64,000 nucleotides of DNA. Origin: Candidatus Omnitrophota bacterium. GTDB lineage: Bacteria; Omnitrophota; Gorgyraeia; JABMSB01. The notes under the pieces were generated by a model. That model saw only the letters and a program-made list of their open reading frames with translations, did no database searches and was not told the DNA's origin. The stretch lies in assembly GCA_013202205.1 (NCBI GenBank), contig JABMSB010000028.1, forward strand, positions 19,370 through 83,369. The letters are read 5' to 3'. The position numbers and the translations under genes are program-made. Of this stretch, positions 1 to 10,325 are shown one piece after another (position 1 is the first letter of the stretch; every line of letters starts with the position of its first letter).

Positions 1-142
1 CATCGGCGAGGTTCGAATTAGGGTCTGCGTCAGATGCCAGTATCGTCCCCTTCAACTCCTTCGCAAGCCAATCTATTATAAAGGCTGAGATCGTCGTCTT
101 GCCTGTACCGCCTTTTCCTGCTACGGCTATGACATATCCCAT
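1..142 (-). CDS. cooC: CooC/AcsF-type nickel-insertion ATPase, 5' part (runs off window)
   Basis: Not in ORF track. Manual translation from ATG at 142 gives MGYVIAVAGKGGTGKTT...ASDADPNSNLAD (deviant Walker A and DADPN motif). Directly follows acsV. Confidence 0.85.
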   Translation of the reverse strand, partial: MGYVIAVAGKGGTGKTTISAFIIDWLAKELKGTILASDADPNSNLAD

Positions 143-2146
143 CTATGACCGCGCCTTCTTCGTTGTCTTCTTAACGCTCGGGAAACGGCTTAGGTCCGTA
201 TGCGGGAAGAATAGGCTCGATATATATTCATTCATATATGCCTGCTCGTTCGAAAGCTCAAAATAGGTCATCTTTCGAGCCACATCCTCTGACTTTAGCA
301 TGGCTTCATAAGAGAGGAGTATCTCGCGAGAACCTGCCAGGGAACTATTACCTATAAAAACGAACTTCTCCCTTGGCTGATCCGGTAAAAGCCCGATGGT
401 AATCGCCTTCTCTATATTGAGATACGTACCAAACCCGCCTGCGATGAATATCTTATCGACATTATCAAAGCTTAAACCGAGTTTTGCAAGCAAGAATGAA
501 GCAGCGCTGTATATAGCGCCCTTCGATCGCTTCAGGTTCTCGATATCTGCTTCTGTAATGATGATATCATAATCGACATCCGCATCTCTCCGATATACGA
601 GCACATACTCCATGCCGATATCTGAGTCGCGAAGCCTTTTAGTCTTTATGGACTTATCAAACTTACCGTCACGGTTTATCAACCCTGCTTTATAAAGCTC
701 AGCCAGTAAATCTATGTAGCCTGAGCCACATATACCCTTGGCCTTTGTCTTACCTATGGTCTCGTACTTTGGCTCAAAGGTAGCCGGATCTATCTTGATC
801 TTCTGTATGGCGCCGCTGGAGGCCCTCACCCCGCAGGTCACGCCACTGCCCTCGAAAGCGGGCCCGGCCGATGCCGCGCAACAGATGAGCCACTCCTTGC
901 TGCCCACAACGAGCTCGCCATTCGTTCCTATATCTATTAAAAGATGGAGCTTCTTGGCATCTGCTATGCCGCTCGATATCACACCGGCTGTTATGTCACC
1001 CCCGACATAGGTTGAGACTCCCGGCACACAGGAAAGGAGCCCTCTCGGATTTATCTTGATCCCAACCTCTGCCGCGCGTATTACAGGGACAAAATTGGCG
1101 GTAGGTACGTACGGTTCTCTGCGTATGAAGGTCGGGTCGACCCTCAATAGAAGGTGTACCATCGTCATATTGCCGGCACATATGACACCTGTTATGTCGT
1201 TTAAGCTTATATTACGCTCTTTTGCAAGCTCGCGGATAATATCATTCAAATTATCGATAACGGCGTGGTGAAGCCTCTCGAGTCCATCCTCTTCACTGGC
1301 AAATATTATCCTCGTTATGACATCGCTCCCAAAGACTGCCTGCCGATTATATGTAGCCTTTGTACCCAAGGCCTTCTTCGTCCGTAAATCGACCAGCTGT
1401 CCTGAAATTGTAGTAGTTCCGATATCAAAGGCTACTCCATAGTTCGTCTTCGACCTGTCTCCGGGTTCGACGAGGACTATCTCTGTAGTTTCATTTCGTT
1501 TACCCAGGGTGACAGTTATACGCCAATTACTTGTACGCAATACATGGCCGAGCCGCTTAATATTCTTCAGGCCCGTCTGCATTATAGTCGCGCCGCTCTT
1601 TTTTCGTATCTCCCGATATACCCTCTCAAGATCACTCAATTTATCATCGAGGGTGGGCTTTGGGAGTTCCAGATATAACTTTGTAGCTAAAGGTGAATGG
1701 CCAAAGACACCCTCTTCGATAATAGAGTCTGCCTTGTCTACATCCTCGGCAGTACTGTAGATACCTTGAAGCCTTGAGTACTTTGAGTCCTCATCCTTTA
1801 CCTTGTCAAGTTCAAGTCGTGACTCAGGCGGAACAAAGACGACCATATCACCTCTGATCGATGTAAGACATGCCAGCACATACCCCTTTTTGCGCTCTTC
1901 GGGTGTTATCCGGCCGGAGGGTTCTGTTACATAATCGCCTTTTTTGATTACAACCTTGCACCTGCCGCACACGCCATCACCACCACAGCTCGATGTCATA
2001 TGTACGCCGGCCTCTATGGCCGCTGCCAAGAGTTCCCTGCCACATTCTGTCTTTACCTTCTTGCCATACGGTAAGAAGGTGACTGAACATTTGCCTTTAG
2101 AGCTTTGCGCGGCCTTGGCCTTCTTTTTCTTCTTTGGTTTTATCAT
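143..2146 (-). CDS. acsV: Corrinoid reductive activator (RACo/AcsV; 2Fe-2S plus ASKHA ATPase)
   Basis: N-terminal CGGDGVCGRC...LAC ferredoxin; DIGTTT, DIGTNGE, AGPAFEG, GICGSG motifs; next to acsC. Confidence 0.9.
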   Translation of the reverse strand: MIKPKKKKKAKAAQSSKGKCSVTFLPYGKKVKTECGRELLAAAIEAGVHMTSSCGGDGVCGRCKVVIKKGDYVTEPSGRITPEERKKGYVLACLTSIRGDMVVFVPPESRLELDKVKDEDSKYSRLQGIYSTAEDVDKADSIIEEGVFGHSPLATKLYLELPKPTLDDKLSDLERVYREIRKKSGATIMQTGLKNIKRLGHVLRTSNWRITVTLGKRNETTEIVLVEPGDRSKTNYGVAFDIGTTTISGQLVDLRTKKALGTKATYNRQAVFGSDVITRIIFASEEDGLERLHHAVIDNLNDIIRELAKERNISLNDITGVICAGNMTMVHLLLRVDPTFIRREPYVPTANFVPVIRAAEVGIKINPRGLLSCVPGVSTYVGGDITAGVISSGIADAKKLHLLIDIGTNGELVVGSKEWLICCAASAGPAFEGSGVTCGVRASSGAIQKIKIDPATFEPKYETIGKTKAKGICGSGYIDLLAELYKAGLINRDGKFDKSIKTKRLRDSDIGMEYVLVYRRDADVDYDIIITEADIENLKRSKGAIYSAASFLLAKLGLSFDNVDKIFIAGGFGTYLNIEKAITIGLLPDQPREKFVFIGNSSLAGSREILLSYEAMLKSEDVARKMTYFELSNEQAYMNEYISSLFFPHTDLSRFPSVKKTTKKARS

Positions 2147-2148
2147 TA

Positions 2149-3486
2149 TTATACCTTGAAGTTTTTAAGATAATTGGGTAACCCTGAGGCCTCTCTCGGC
2201 CCCACCTGTATCTTCCACCCTGAACCCTCTTCCAGCTTACCACTCATAACTGCTACATATCCCGGAATAACTATCGTGTGGTGCGAAACGAGGCTGTCGG
2301 CATTCACGGTACCGAGCATCCGCGTTATCGTCTCCGGTGTAAATTTCTCAGCCGCCCATGCGGTCAGGACAGACATCCCTTCCGCATCGCAGGCCATTAT
2401 CCTCGTCGGTACCTTCGATGCCTCTACCTCACCTGCAACGGTGTAATACGTAATAGAGAAATTTGTTGTAACAATAAGTGGTGACTCCTTCGTCACATTG
2501 CCTATATCATAGACCTTGGGCTCTACCTGGACCGGCTTCTGAGGGTCGTTGTAGAGATCCTGTCTCGTTGCCAGTATGGGCAATACCTCTTCCGGTTCAC
2601 AATTCTTCATTATGACGATACCTGCATATTTAGAGATAAAACTCGCCGCCTCAGCGATCTCATCCGCGGGTTCACTGCTCGTCGTAAATGCTATTGCCGG
2701 ATACCCCAGGGGCCTGAATGTCTTCCTAAGCGCCATCCTGCGCGCGTATGTCAGATCATTCACCTTGGCTGTAAGGTCCTTGGGTCCCGTATCAATGACG
2801 ATCTCCTCCACACCGGCTGCCTTGATCTTCTGGGTAAGCTCTGCTATCTCCTCGAGCCCCGATGCAACCGCGACCAGCGGCAGGCCTGCGCCCTTGGCCA
2901 CCTTAACCATCTCATCAACATTGGCCTTATTGGCTCCATGCAGAAGAGGCCTTCTATCCTTAGATGCCTCAACACCGGCAGCTAAGACCTTTGGATCTTC
3001 GGCAACAAGCACGATGTTTAACTTCGTACTCCCACAGACACTCTTTACTACCTGTGAGAATTTCGCTGCATCACCGCTTGCGGATTTTATAGCAACGACA
3101 TTTGCGCCTATTCTTTGCCCGACGCGTTCAAACTGAAGCTTATTTATCTTATCGAGCTTCTTCTTAAGTGCGGCGTCATCGAGTGAGTCTTCAATAAGAA
3201 AACCTACACCCGCCGGGTGATGGAACGTCTCCTCGTGCCTGAACATAACCGTCTCGTTGCCTATCTGAAGCTTTCCGTCTCCGGTTCCCACGGTGACCAG
3301 CTTGATCGGAGGCTGTGATGCGCCTTCGAGCGCCTGCTTTGCTTCAGCGCTTACGTGGGGACACTTATCGAGTGATGCCTTCTTGGCGGCAAGCTGCATA
3401 GCGAATGCCAGGCATGTCGGAAAACCACAGTCCTTACAGTTCGTCTTCGGTAATAGTTTATAGATCTCAAGTCCCGATAAGGCCAT
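2149..3486 (-). CDS. acsC: Corrinoid iron-sulfur protein large (gamma) subunit
   Basis: LPKTNCKDCGFPTCLAFA..CP Fe-S motif, TTNFSITY, SVLTAWAA, GPREAS. Confidence 0.95.
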   Translation of the reverse strand: MALSGLEIYKLLPKTNCKDCGFPTCLAFAMQLAAKKASLDKCPHVSAEAKQALEGASQPPIKLVTVGTGDGKLQIGNETVMFRHEETFHHPAGVGFLIEDSLDDAALKKKLDKINKLQFERVGQRIGANVVAIKSASGDAAKFSQVVKSVCGSTKLNIVLVAEDPKVLAAGVEASKDRRPLLHGANKANVDEMVKVAKGAGLPLVAVASGLEEIAELTQKIKAAGVEEIVIDTGPKDLTAKVNDLTYARRMALRKTFRPLGYPAIAFTTSSEPADEIAEAASFISKYAGIVIMKNCEPEEVLPILATRQDLYNDPQKPVQVEPKVYDIGNVTKESPLIVTTNFSITYYTVAGEVEASKVPTRIMACDAEGMSVLTAWAAEKFTPETITRMLGTVNADSLVSHHTIVIPGYVAVMSGKLEEGSGWKIQVGPREASGLPNYLKNFKV

Positions 3487-3505
3487 TGATCAGATCCTCC
3501 TCTTA

Positions 3506-5683
3506 TTATATGAGTGCCGGCATAGAAGATGCGGGATGCTTAACCTTTTCCAGATACGGCATCAACTCTTCCATCGTCGTCGCGTTCGTTTCGTCCGCTA
3601 TTTTATTTACAAGATCCGGGTCGCCCAGCTCTTCGCATCGCTTCTTCAACTTATCGCCCAGGGCCTCTTTCATCTCTTTAGGCATCCAGACTATTCTCTT
3701 TAAACCTCCGTCAGCGCTGATAAACTTTTTGGAAACAATATATAACCTTCCGATACCCATGAAACCGGGCGTCTGCGCACCTCCGCCGACAGAACCTGCC
3801 AGTGTGGTAAATTTCATCCCGCAGGGCGTCATGCCCGAGTATTCTCTATTCACTATCATAAAACCATTCACCTCCGGCAAGATGGCTACAATACACTCAA
3901 AACAACCACAACTTGTCTCACAAAAATCCATGATAGAATAACCATGAAACCGCTCCAGGGTTTTGTTAGACTTCTGGTAGATAAATTCATTTATCCCTTT
4001 CCATTCGCCTTTTACCGGATCAATGCATTCGCCTTTTTTGATCGGCTGATTGGGGCCTGTGGGGGTTAACTCAAAACTTGCCTTGGCATCAAGGTAGCTG
4101 TAGGCACCGCACAAACCCAACCTTTCTGGTTTGATTACACAAAGATGATTAGGAGCGAAGGACTGACAGAGTTGGCATGACATGAATGTATCGACCGATT
4201 CGTCTGTCATCCCGGCCATACGCTCGTCTCTTTCGTTATAGACCTTTATCGCCCCCTCCATATGCTTCTTCACATCGGCTTCATTGGTAAGTATGGTTAC
4301 CTGGCACTTATCTACTATTGCGCCAAAGACCTCATGCATCCTGGCGTGGAGAATTGTGCCAAAATGGGCTAACTTAAACCCTTTTTCGTGGGCAACCTTG
4401 CTTATCCTTACCCAGCACATATTCCTCTGGCCCATATGGAATATACCCATCGCTTCGTTGAGGAACGAATGGATCTGTCTCTCGAGAATTGGTTCAAAAT
4501 CCTTCTGCATCTTGCGGCCGGCCACCTCGACCAATACCCCAAGCGGATACGCTTTGCCATCTTCCATCTTGTCGGTCTCAATGCCGACTACGGAGATCTT
4601 CCCGTCCTCTACATCATTTAGATCCTTTGCAGTGACAAATTCGAAGGCATCAGAGTATTTGCCGCCAAACTGGACAAACATCTGCTCACGCCGCACCCTC
4701 TCTCCCTCAAAGGCCGGGGAGTAAGAGACGGGTATCGGTATCTCCGATATCTTGACCTTGACACCACGCACCTCAATGGAAGTAGGTACTATTTTCTTAT
4801 GGTCTTTCTCGCTCACAAGATGTTCATATGTACATATACCTGTCGGCCTGATCTCCGGTATATCGGTATCGGCTATGATCGGGAAGCCCATATTTATAGC
4901 TCCCGCGCCCGTAGCATACTTCATATCATCAAGCGCGCCAAGCGTTACACCAAACGCGAATACTCTATTCTTGCAGTATGTCAGGCACTTGAGCGCTTCT
5001 CCTTTTTTATGGCCGCCAAAAGTCAATGCGCCCCTTATCGCCCAGTGCAAAGGATAGATGGCGCTTATGGTATCTCTGCCAAAAGGTACGATATATGCAT
5101 CCCACCCCATCTCAACACCTTCTTCTTTAAGCTGATCTATGATAGACCTTCCGTTTGTGCTGCATCCGACAAAACAGAGTATTGAGCGTTTCTGGTATTC
5201 TCTCACGATTTCGACCGCTGTCTTATTGTCCGGCGCAGCGCCCAATACGGCGGCAAAACCCGGCATCCTCCCATCTACAAGCTGGATGCCAAGAGTACGT
5301 AATATCGTATCTGAAAAGAAACCTTCGCAGTCCACCTGCGGCTCCTGGCCATAAAGATAGCGCAGGACACAGATCATCTCCTCCGCAAGCAGCGTACCAA
5401 TGCCTGAGTCAAGCGTATCGCCCAGATAAGGAAGCCATAGGTGTTCACTCGGCGGGGTATGGAGAAGTGACTTTGCCTCCTTCAGAATAGGTTTCATCTC
5501 ACCGAGCGTCTTAACTTCGGCCCCCAGGAGCGCGTTTGCCATGGGCAGATAGAACGCCGTGTCGGGAAACTCGACCTTTTGAGATTCACCCTTTTCTTTA
5601 ATAGCTTTATTTAAGAATTCCTCACATTCAGTGACAATCTTATTCGCGCCATTGATGACTGCCGTTGCAACAATCTTTGACAT
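3506..5683 (-). CDS. acsB: Acetyl-CoA synthase (bacterial-type AcsB)
   Basis: FPDTAFYLP N-terminus; A-cluster ligands in SCQLCQSFAPNHLC..GLCGA and TSCGCFEC; GGGAQTPGF. Confidence 0.95.
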   Translation of the reverse strand: MSKIVATAVINGANKIVTECEEFLNKAIKEKGESQKVEFPDTAFYLPMANALLGAEVKTLGEMKPILKEAKSLLHTPPSEHLWLPYLGDTLDSGIGTLLAEEMICVLRYLYGQEPQVDCEGFFSDTILRTLGIQLVDGRMPGFAAVLGAAPDNKTAVEIVREYQKRSILCFVGCSTNGRSIIDQLKEEGVEMGWDAYIVPFGRDTISAIYPLHWAIRGALTFGGHKKGEALKCLTYCKNRVFAFGVTLGALDDMKYATGAGAINMGFPIIADTDIPEIRPTGICTYEHLVSEKDHKKIVPTSIEVRGVKVKISEIPIPVSYSPAFEGERVRREQMFVQFGGKYSDAFEFVTAKDLNDVEDGKISVVGIETDKMEDGKAYPLGVLVEVAGRKMQKDFEPILERQIHSFLNEAMGIFHMGQRNMCWVRISKVAHEKGFKLAHFGTILHARMHEVFGAIVDKCQVTILTNEADVKKHMEGAIKVYNERDERMAGMTDESVDTFMSCQLCQSFAPNHLCVIKPERLGLCGAYSYLDAKASFELTPTGPNQPIKKGECIDPVKGEWKGINEFIYQKSNKTLERFHGYSIMDFCETSCGCFECIVAILPEVNGFMIVNREYSGMTPCGMKFTTLAGSVGGGAQTPGFMGIGRLYIVSKKFISADGGLKRIVWMPKEMKEALGDKLKKRCEELGDPDLVNKIADETNATTMEELMPYLEKVKHPASSMPALI

Positions 5684-5698
5684 AGTAAGAGCTCCTGG

Positions 5699-6991
5699 TT
5701 ATTGATACGTTTTTATAGTATCTAAAAATTCCTCAGCAGTAAAGGAATCACTGTTATCTTTTATTAAGGGCATAACCGTTGCAAAACTGAAATTATTATC
5801 GACCAACCTCTCCTTTATTCCGGAAATATCGATCCGTTTGCGCATAAGGACGTTGATAACCCCTGCGCTCTCCACCCCATTAATAAAGACGGCGCCGCAA
5901 ATCAGGTTATCTTTTAAGACTATCTTTCTATAAAGATTCTTATTCCTGTTCTCGAATACGAGAGTCTCGTAATCGTCTGTCTTAGGCTTGGTTATGCCCA
6001 TAGATATGGCAGGAAGACCGAAAAATTCAACCGAGTTCATTGAGAGTGAGCCCTCGTAGGCAATCTTTTCACCGGTCATATTCGCGCCGGCTATGCCACC
6101 CTGTTCAACGGCACACGGCCACAGGCCATTTATCGTCATCTCACCGGATGCCAAATCCCGGGTCTCGGCACAATCACCTGCGGCAAAGATGCCTTTTACA
6201 TTTGTCGCCATATATTCATCTACCAAAAATCCCCAATGCGTCTTTATGCCTGACCCTTTGGCTAAGGCTATATCGGCAATAACGCCCTTTCCTACTATAA
6301 CCATCTGACAATCTACCTTAGTCCCGTCATCGAGCAAAACACCTTCTACCGTCTTACCGCCGGTTATCTCCTTGGCAGCCGCTTGCGTTTTTACCTCTAT
6401 TCCGTTAGCCACGAGCGTATCCCGGATAATATCGGCCGCTTCCTTATCGAGCATCTGGGACAAGACCTGCGATGACTTCGCTATGACGGAAACCTTTTTT
6501 CCCTGATGCATTAGGGCATACGCATCCCTCAAACCTATCAGGCCGCCGCCTAAGACAACTACCCTCTTAACCTTATCCATAAGTTTTATCATGCCGCGCG
6601 CATCATCGATCCGCCTTATGGTAAAGAAACCTTCTTTGTCAACTCCGGGTATATCTATGCTTTTAGGGTTAGCGCCCGTCGCCAATAATAACTTATCGTA
6701 TAAAATCGATTTGCCGTTTGATAGCTTTACCGCGCGTTTTTTCACATCAATAGATTTTGCCCTAACCCCCAGAATAGCATCGATCTTATTCTTCTTATAA
6801 AAGTCGGGATCCCTGAAGGTCAATTTATCCTCGGTGATCTGCCCTGCCAATAGATACGTCAAAAGACAACGCGAATAGAGAGGGAGTTTTTCATCCGAGA
6901 CTAAGGTTATCTTGGCCTTCTCATCGCGCTTCCGTATCGCCTCGCAGGCCATAACGCCTGCCGCGCTTCCACCTATAATAACGTAGTTCAT
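5699..6991 (-). CDS. FAD/NAD(P)-dependent oxidoreductase (CooF-associated FNOR type)
   Basis: IIGGSAAG FAD motif, LLLATGA, VLGGGLIG NAD motif, IFAAGDC; overlaps cooF stop. Confidence 0.8.
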   Translation of the reverse strand: MNYVIIGGSAAGVMACEAIRKRDEKAKITLVSDEKLPLYSRCLLTYLLAGQITEDKLTFRDPDFYKKNKIDAILGVRAKSIDVKKRAVKLSNGKSILYDKLLLATGANPKSIDIPGVDKEGFFTIRRIDDARGMIKLMDKVKRVVVLGGGLIGLRDAYALMHQGKKVSVIAKSSQVLSQMLDKEAADIIRDTLVANGIEVKTQAAAKEITGGKTVEGVLLDDGTKVDCQMVIVGKGVIADIALAKGSGIKTHWGFLVDEYMATNVKGIFAAGDCAETRDLASGEMTINGLWPCAVEQGGIAGANMTGEKIAYEGSLSMNSVEFFGLPAISMGITKPKTDDYETLVFENRNKNLYRKIVLKDNLICGAVFINGVESAGVINVLMRKRIDISGIKERLVDNNFSFATVMPLIKDNSDSFTAEEFLDTIKTYQ

Positions 6992-7494
6992 AGCTTCTTC
7001 TCCGCTTTTCTTTTAAACTCTTCCGGTGTACCGGCAAATAGCGCTCCTGTCGGACAGGCGATCACGCAAGCATAGTCATCTCTGTCAGGACAGAGGTCGC
7101 ATTTGAGCGCCTGCTTATCCTCGATCGATCTGACTATCGCCCCAAAGGGACAGACCATGATGCACATCCAGCAACCGACGCATTTATCTTTATCGTGTTT
7201 GGTAGCGCCCGTCTTTGGATCTTTATACATTGCCCCCGACATACATGCCGCCACACAAGGCGCTTCCTCACAATGTTGGCAGCTTATGCGGACAGCCCTT
7301 CCAAAGGAATCTCGTATACGCACCCTCTTTGTCGGAGGGACAGACTCCCTAAGGGCCTTCACCAGGTCCTTTGAGAAGGAATGCTCGACAGCGCACGCGA
7401 TCTCACAACTCTTGCATCCGGTACATTTTCTCAAATCGCAAAATATCTTGATCTTGCCTGCGGCCTTATTCTTCTTTGAGGTTTTAGTTGGCAC
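6988..7494 (-). CDS. cooF: CooF-like multi-[4Fe-4S] electron transfer protein
   Basis: CTGCKSCEIAC, CQHCEEAPCVAAC, CVGCWMCIMVCP, KCDLC..ACVIACP; immediately downstream of cooS. Confidence 0.85.
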   Translation of the reverse strand: MPTKTSKKNKAAGKIKIFCDLRKCTGCKSCEIACAVEHSFSKDLVKALRESVPPTKRVRIRDSFGRAVRISCQHCEEAPCVAACMSGAMYKDPKTGATKHDKDKCVGCWMCIMVCPFGAIVRSIEDKQALKCDLCPDRDDYACVIACPTGALFAGTPEEFKRKAEKKL

Positions 7495-9436
7495 CTGCCG
7501 TCGCCTCCTCTTTCGCTTCTTTCTTCGCAGGCTCGTACATCATCGGATTCAATTTAAGCGCCGCACGCTTCTTGTTTATATGATCTATCATCATATGCGC
7601 GGCTTTGATCGGATCGGCCTCAAAGGCGAATTTGCCGCCTATGATAGAGTCTAGCTCTTCGGTGATATACCGCGTCACGTTCTCGCTTCCCTTCACGGGC
7701 ATATCTCCGCCGAAAACCGTGAAGATACCTGAAGCGATGACATAAAAACCTATGGTGATCGCCTTCTCACTCATCCACTCAGGGGCCGCACCCGCTGCGG
7801 GTAGATCGCAAAGGTCTCCCCCCAGCCCGCCCTCTTTCAGAACTTCACTGGCAGCGATCAGTATCCGGGAATTATCGACGCATGAACCGAGGTGTAACAC
7901 CGGAGGAATACCTACTGCCTCGCAGACCTCTCTAAGGCCCGGCCCGGTAAGCTTTAGTGCATCACCTGGGGTCATCAGTCCTGCCTTCGCACAGGCTATG
8001 GCAGAACATCCTGTCTGCAAAACGAGTACATCATGCTTAATCAACTCCTTGACCATTTCGATGTGGGCCCAGTCGTGTTTTATTTTGGGGTTATTGCATC
8101 CTACCACTCCGGCCACACCCCTGACCCTGCCTGAAATTATGGCGTCATTGAGCGGCCTATAGGTAGCCCTATACTTTCCGCCGAGCATATGGAATACATA
8201 CTCCGCGGTAAAACCGGCTACGAGGTCCATCTCATATTTGGGAATGTCCACTCTCTCTTTCTTTCTCTTTTTGAAATTCTCAACACCCATCCGGATGATC
8301 TTACAGGCTATCTCATATGCCTCTTCTTCATTGAACTGGATATGTTCCACGCCCGGGTACTTTGCTTTATAAGAGGTAGTCACAAGTTTGGTGTGAAAAC
8401 ATGTAGCCAAGCTCGAAAGTGCCGGCATAATACACTGTACGTCGACCATCATTAATTCAACTGCGCCGGTCACTATGGCAAGCTCCTGCTGCAGGAAGTC
8501 TCCCGCCACAGGAACACCATGGCGCATTAATATCTCGTTGGCCGTGCAGCACATACCCGCTATGTTGATCCCCTTTGCCCCGTACTTTTGGGCAAGCGCA
8601 AGGAGCTCAGGATCCTTTGCCGCTTTAACCGCCATCTCAGATAGTGTAGGCTCATGGCCATGGACGATGATATTCACCTGGTCCTCTTTTAAAACACCCA
8701 GGTTGACCTTAGCCCTTACAGGCTTAGGGCTGCCGAGCATGATATCCTGCAGGTCCGTCGCTATCATGGAGCCGCCCCATCCATCGCCCAGGGAACACCT
8801 TATGCCGTGATTGATGACGTTCTTATAGTCTGCATCTACACCCATATTGACGCGGTGCATCGATTCTACGATCTCGCGGTCGATACCGCGAGGCATCACG
8901 CCGAGTTTACGCCATACCTTCTTGCGAGACTCAGGCGCACGGGCGATCATCTTCAGCTCTCCCTCCTGATTGCCGAACTCCGCCAGGGCGGCGTGGGCAA
9001 GATCTTTGGCGATATCCTCCTTCGATCGTCCTTCGGTCTTGATATCATAAATCCTGGCAATATCATGCAGTTTCTTCTCATCGATTATACCGTAATGGTG
9101 TGTCTTCCCCTCTGCGGCGATAAGAAGCGTATGAGCCACATCTCTTCCGTGGTCTGAGTGTGCGGCCGCTCCGGCGGCAATATGGCGAAGCAGATTTCGT
9201 GCGGCGATAGTATCTTTATTCGCCCCGCAAACACCTTCCTGTGGACCATCGCCAAAGGGGTCTATCCTGCAGGGGCCCATGCTGCAAACCTTGCAGCATA
9301 TACCCAGTGTGCCAAAACCACACTGCGGCTCCATGGCCTCAAGGCGGTCCCATGCCAGTTGTTTATCCTCGGCCTCCGCACGTTTAAGCATCTGTTGAGA
9401 TGCTTTGTCAATTGATCGATCCTTTGCCTTCGTCAT
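7484..9436 (-). CDS. cooS: Ni,Fe carbon monoxide dehydrogenase catalytic subunit (CooS/AcsA)
   Basis: PQCGFG..CCKVCSMGPC..VCGA (D/B clusters); HSDH, HGHEP, MCCT, GCNN, GCSA, GSCVDNSR, EKA. Start moved to ATG 9436 behind AGGAGG. Confidence 0.95.
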   Translation of the reverse strand: MTKAKDRSIDKASQQMLKRAEAEDKQLAWDRLEAMEPQCGFGTLGICCKVCSMGPCRIDPFGDGPQEGVCGANKDTIAARNLLRHIAAGAAAHSDHGRDVAHTLLIAAEGKTHHYGIIDEKKLHDIARIYDIKTEGRSKEDIAKDLAHAALAEFGNQEGELKMIARAPESRKKVWRKLGVMPRGIDREIVESMHRVNMGVDADYKNVINHGIRCSLGDGWGGSMIATDLQDIMLGSPKPVRAKVNLGVLKEDQVNIIVHGHEPTLSEMAVKAAKDPELLALAQKYGAKGINIAGMCCTANEILMRHGVPVAGDFLQQELAIVTGAVELMMVDVQCIMPALSSLATCFHTKLVTTSYKAKYPGVEHIQFNEEEAYEIACKIIRMGVENFKKRKKERVDIPKYEMDLVAGFTAEYVFHMLGGKYRATYRPLNDAIISGRVRGVAGVVGCNNPKIKHDWAHIEMVKELIKHDVLVLQTGCSAIACAKAGLMTPGDALKLTGPGLREVCEAVGIPPVLHLGSCVDNSRILIAASEVLKEGGLGGDLCDLPAAGAAPEWMSEKAITIGFYVIASGIFTVFGGDMPVKGSENVTRYITEELDSIIGGKFAFEADPIKAAHMMIDHINKKRAALKLNPMMYEPAKKEAKEEATAGAN

Positions 9437-9452
9437 TCTTTCATCCTCCTTG

Positions 9453-10325
9453 TCACAATCCTGCTGCATTCAATACATCCGGAACGTACTTATCCCATCC
9501 TATTGACATTATGTGAATACCTTCGGAAAGCGGCTTGAGCTCCTTTATCAGTCGCGCGGCAATCTCGATCGACTTCTTCGGCCGATCTTCTTTGGAAACA
9601 GACTTTATTTCCTCAATAAGATCATCCGGTACGGTAACGCCGGATACGTTCGCGTTCATAAATTTTGCCATGCCTGCCGACTTAAGAAGGACTATGCCGG
9701 CGCATACGGGAACCTTTATACCTTTAGACATCTCCCTGAAACGCTTATACGCCTCAACATCGTAGACGGCCTGGGTCTGAAAAAACTCTGCCCCTGCGGC
9801 CACCTTCTTCTCCATCTTCATGACTTCAGGCTCAAGCGGATCAGCTCCGGGATTTACAACCGCACCCACGCAGAACTTTGGCGAGCCTTTAAGCTCATTG
9901 CCCTTCATATCTTTTCCTGATTCGAGTGTCTTTATGACCTGTATGAGCTGGACCGATCCTATATCGAAGACAGCCTTTGCTTCAGGATGGTCACCCAATG
10001 AAGGGTAATCGCCTGTGAGCGCTAAGACATTCTCAATGCCAAGTGAATAAGCGCTTAAAAGATCTGACTGGAGTGCCAACCTATTTCTGTCACGACATGT
10101 CATCTGGAATATCGGCTCATGGCCCCTATCCTTTAACATATGGGATACGGACATCGAACCTATGCGCATGACGGAGCTTTGCAGGTCTGTGACGTTTATC
10201 CCATCCACACGGCCTTTGATCAAATCCGCCTCGTGTAAAATTTGTTCTAAGTCGACCCCTTTGGGTGGGCCAATCTCACTTGTAACTATAAACTTTCCTT
10301 GCTTAAACTTTTCGCATAATGTCAT
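9453..10325 (-). CDS. metF: Methylenetetrahydrofolate reductase
   Basis: TSEIGPPKG, QMTCRDRNRLALQSDL, LTGD, KKVAAGAEFFQTQ. Confidence 0.92.
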   Translation of the reverse strand: MTLCEKFKQGKFIVTSEIGPPKGVDLEQILHEADLIKGRVDGINVTDLQSSVMRIGSMSVSHMLKDRGHEPIFQMTCRDRNRLALQSDLLSAYSLGIENVLALTGDYPSLGDHPEAKAVFDIGSVQLIQVIKTLESGKDMKGNELKGSPKFCVGAVVNPGADPLEPEVMKMEKKVAAGAEFFQTQAVYDVEAYKRFREMSKGIKVPVCAGIVLLKSAGMAKFMNANVSGVTVPDDLIEEIKSVSKEDRPKKSIEIAARLIKELKPLSEGIHIMSIGWDKYVPDVLNAAGL

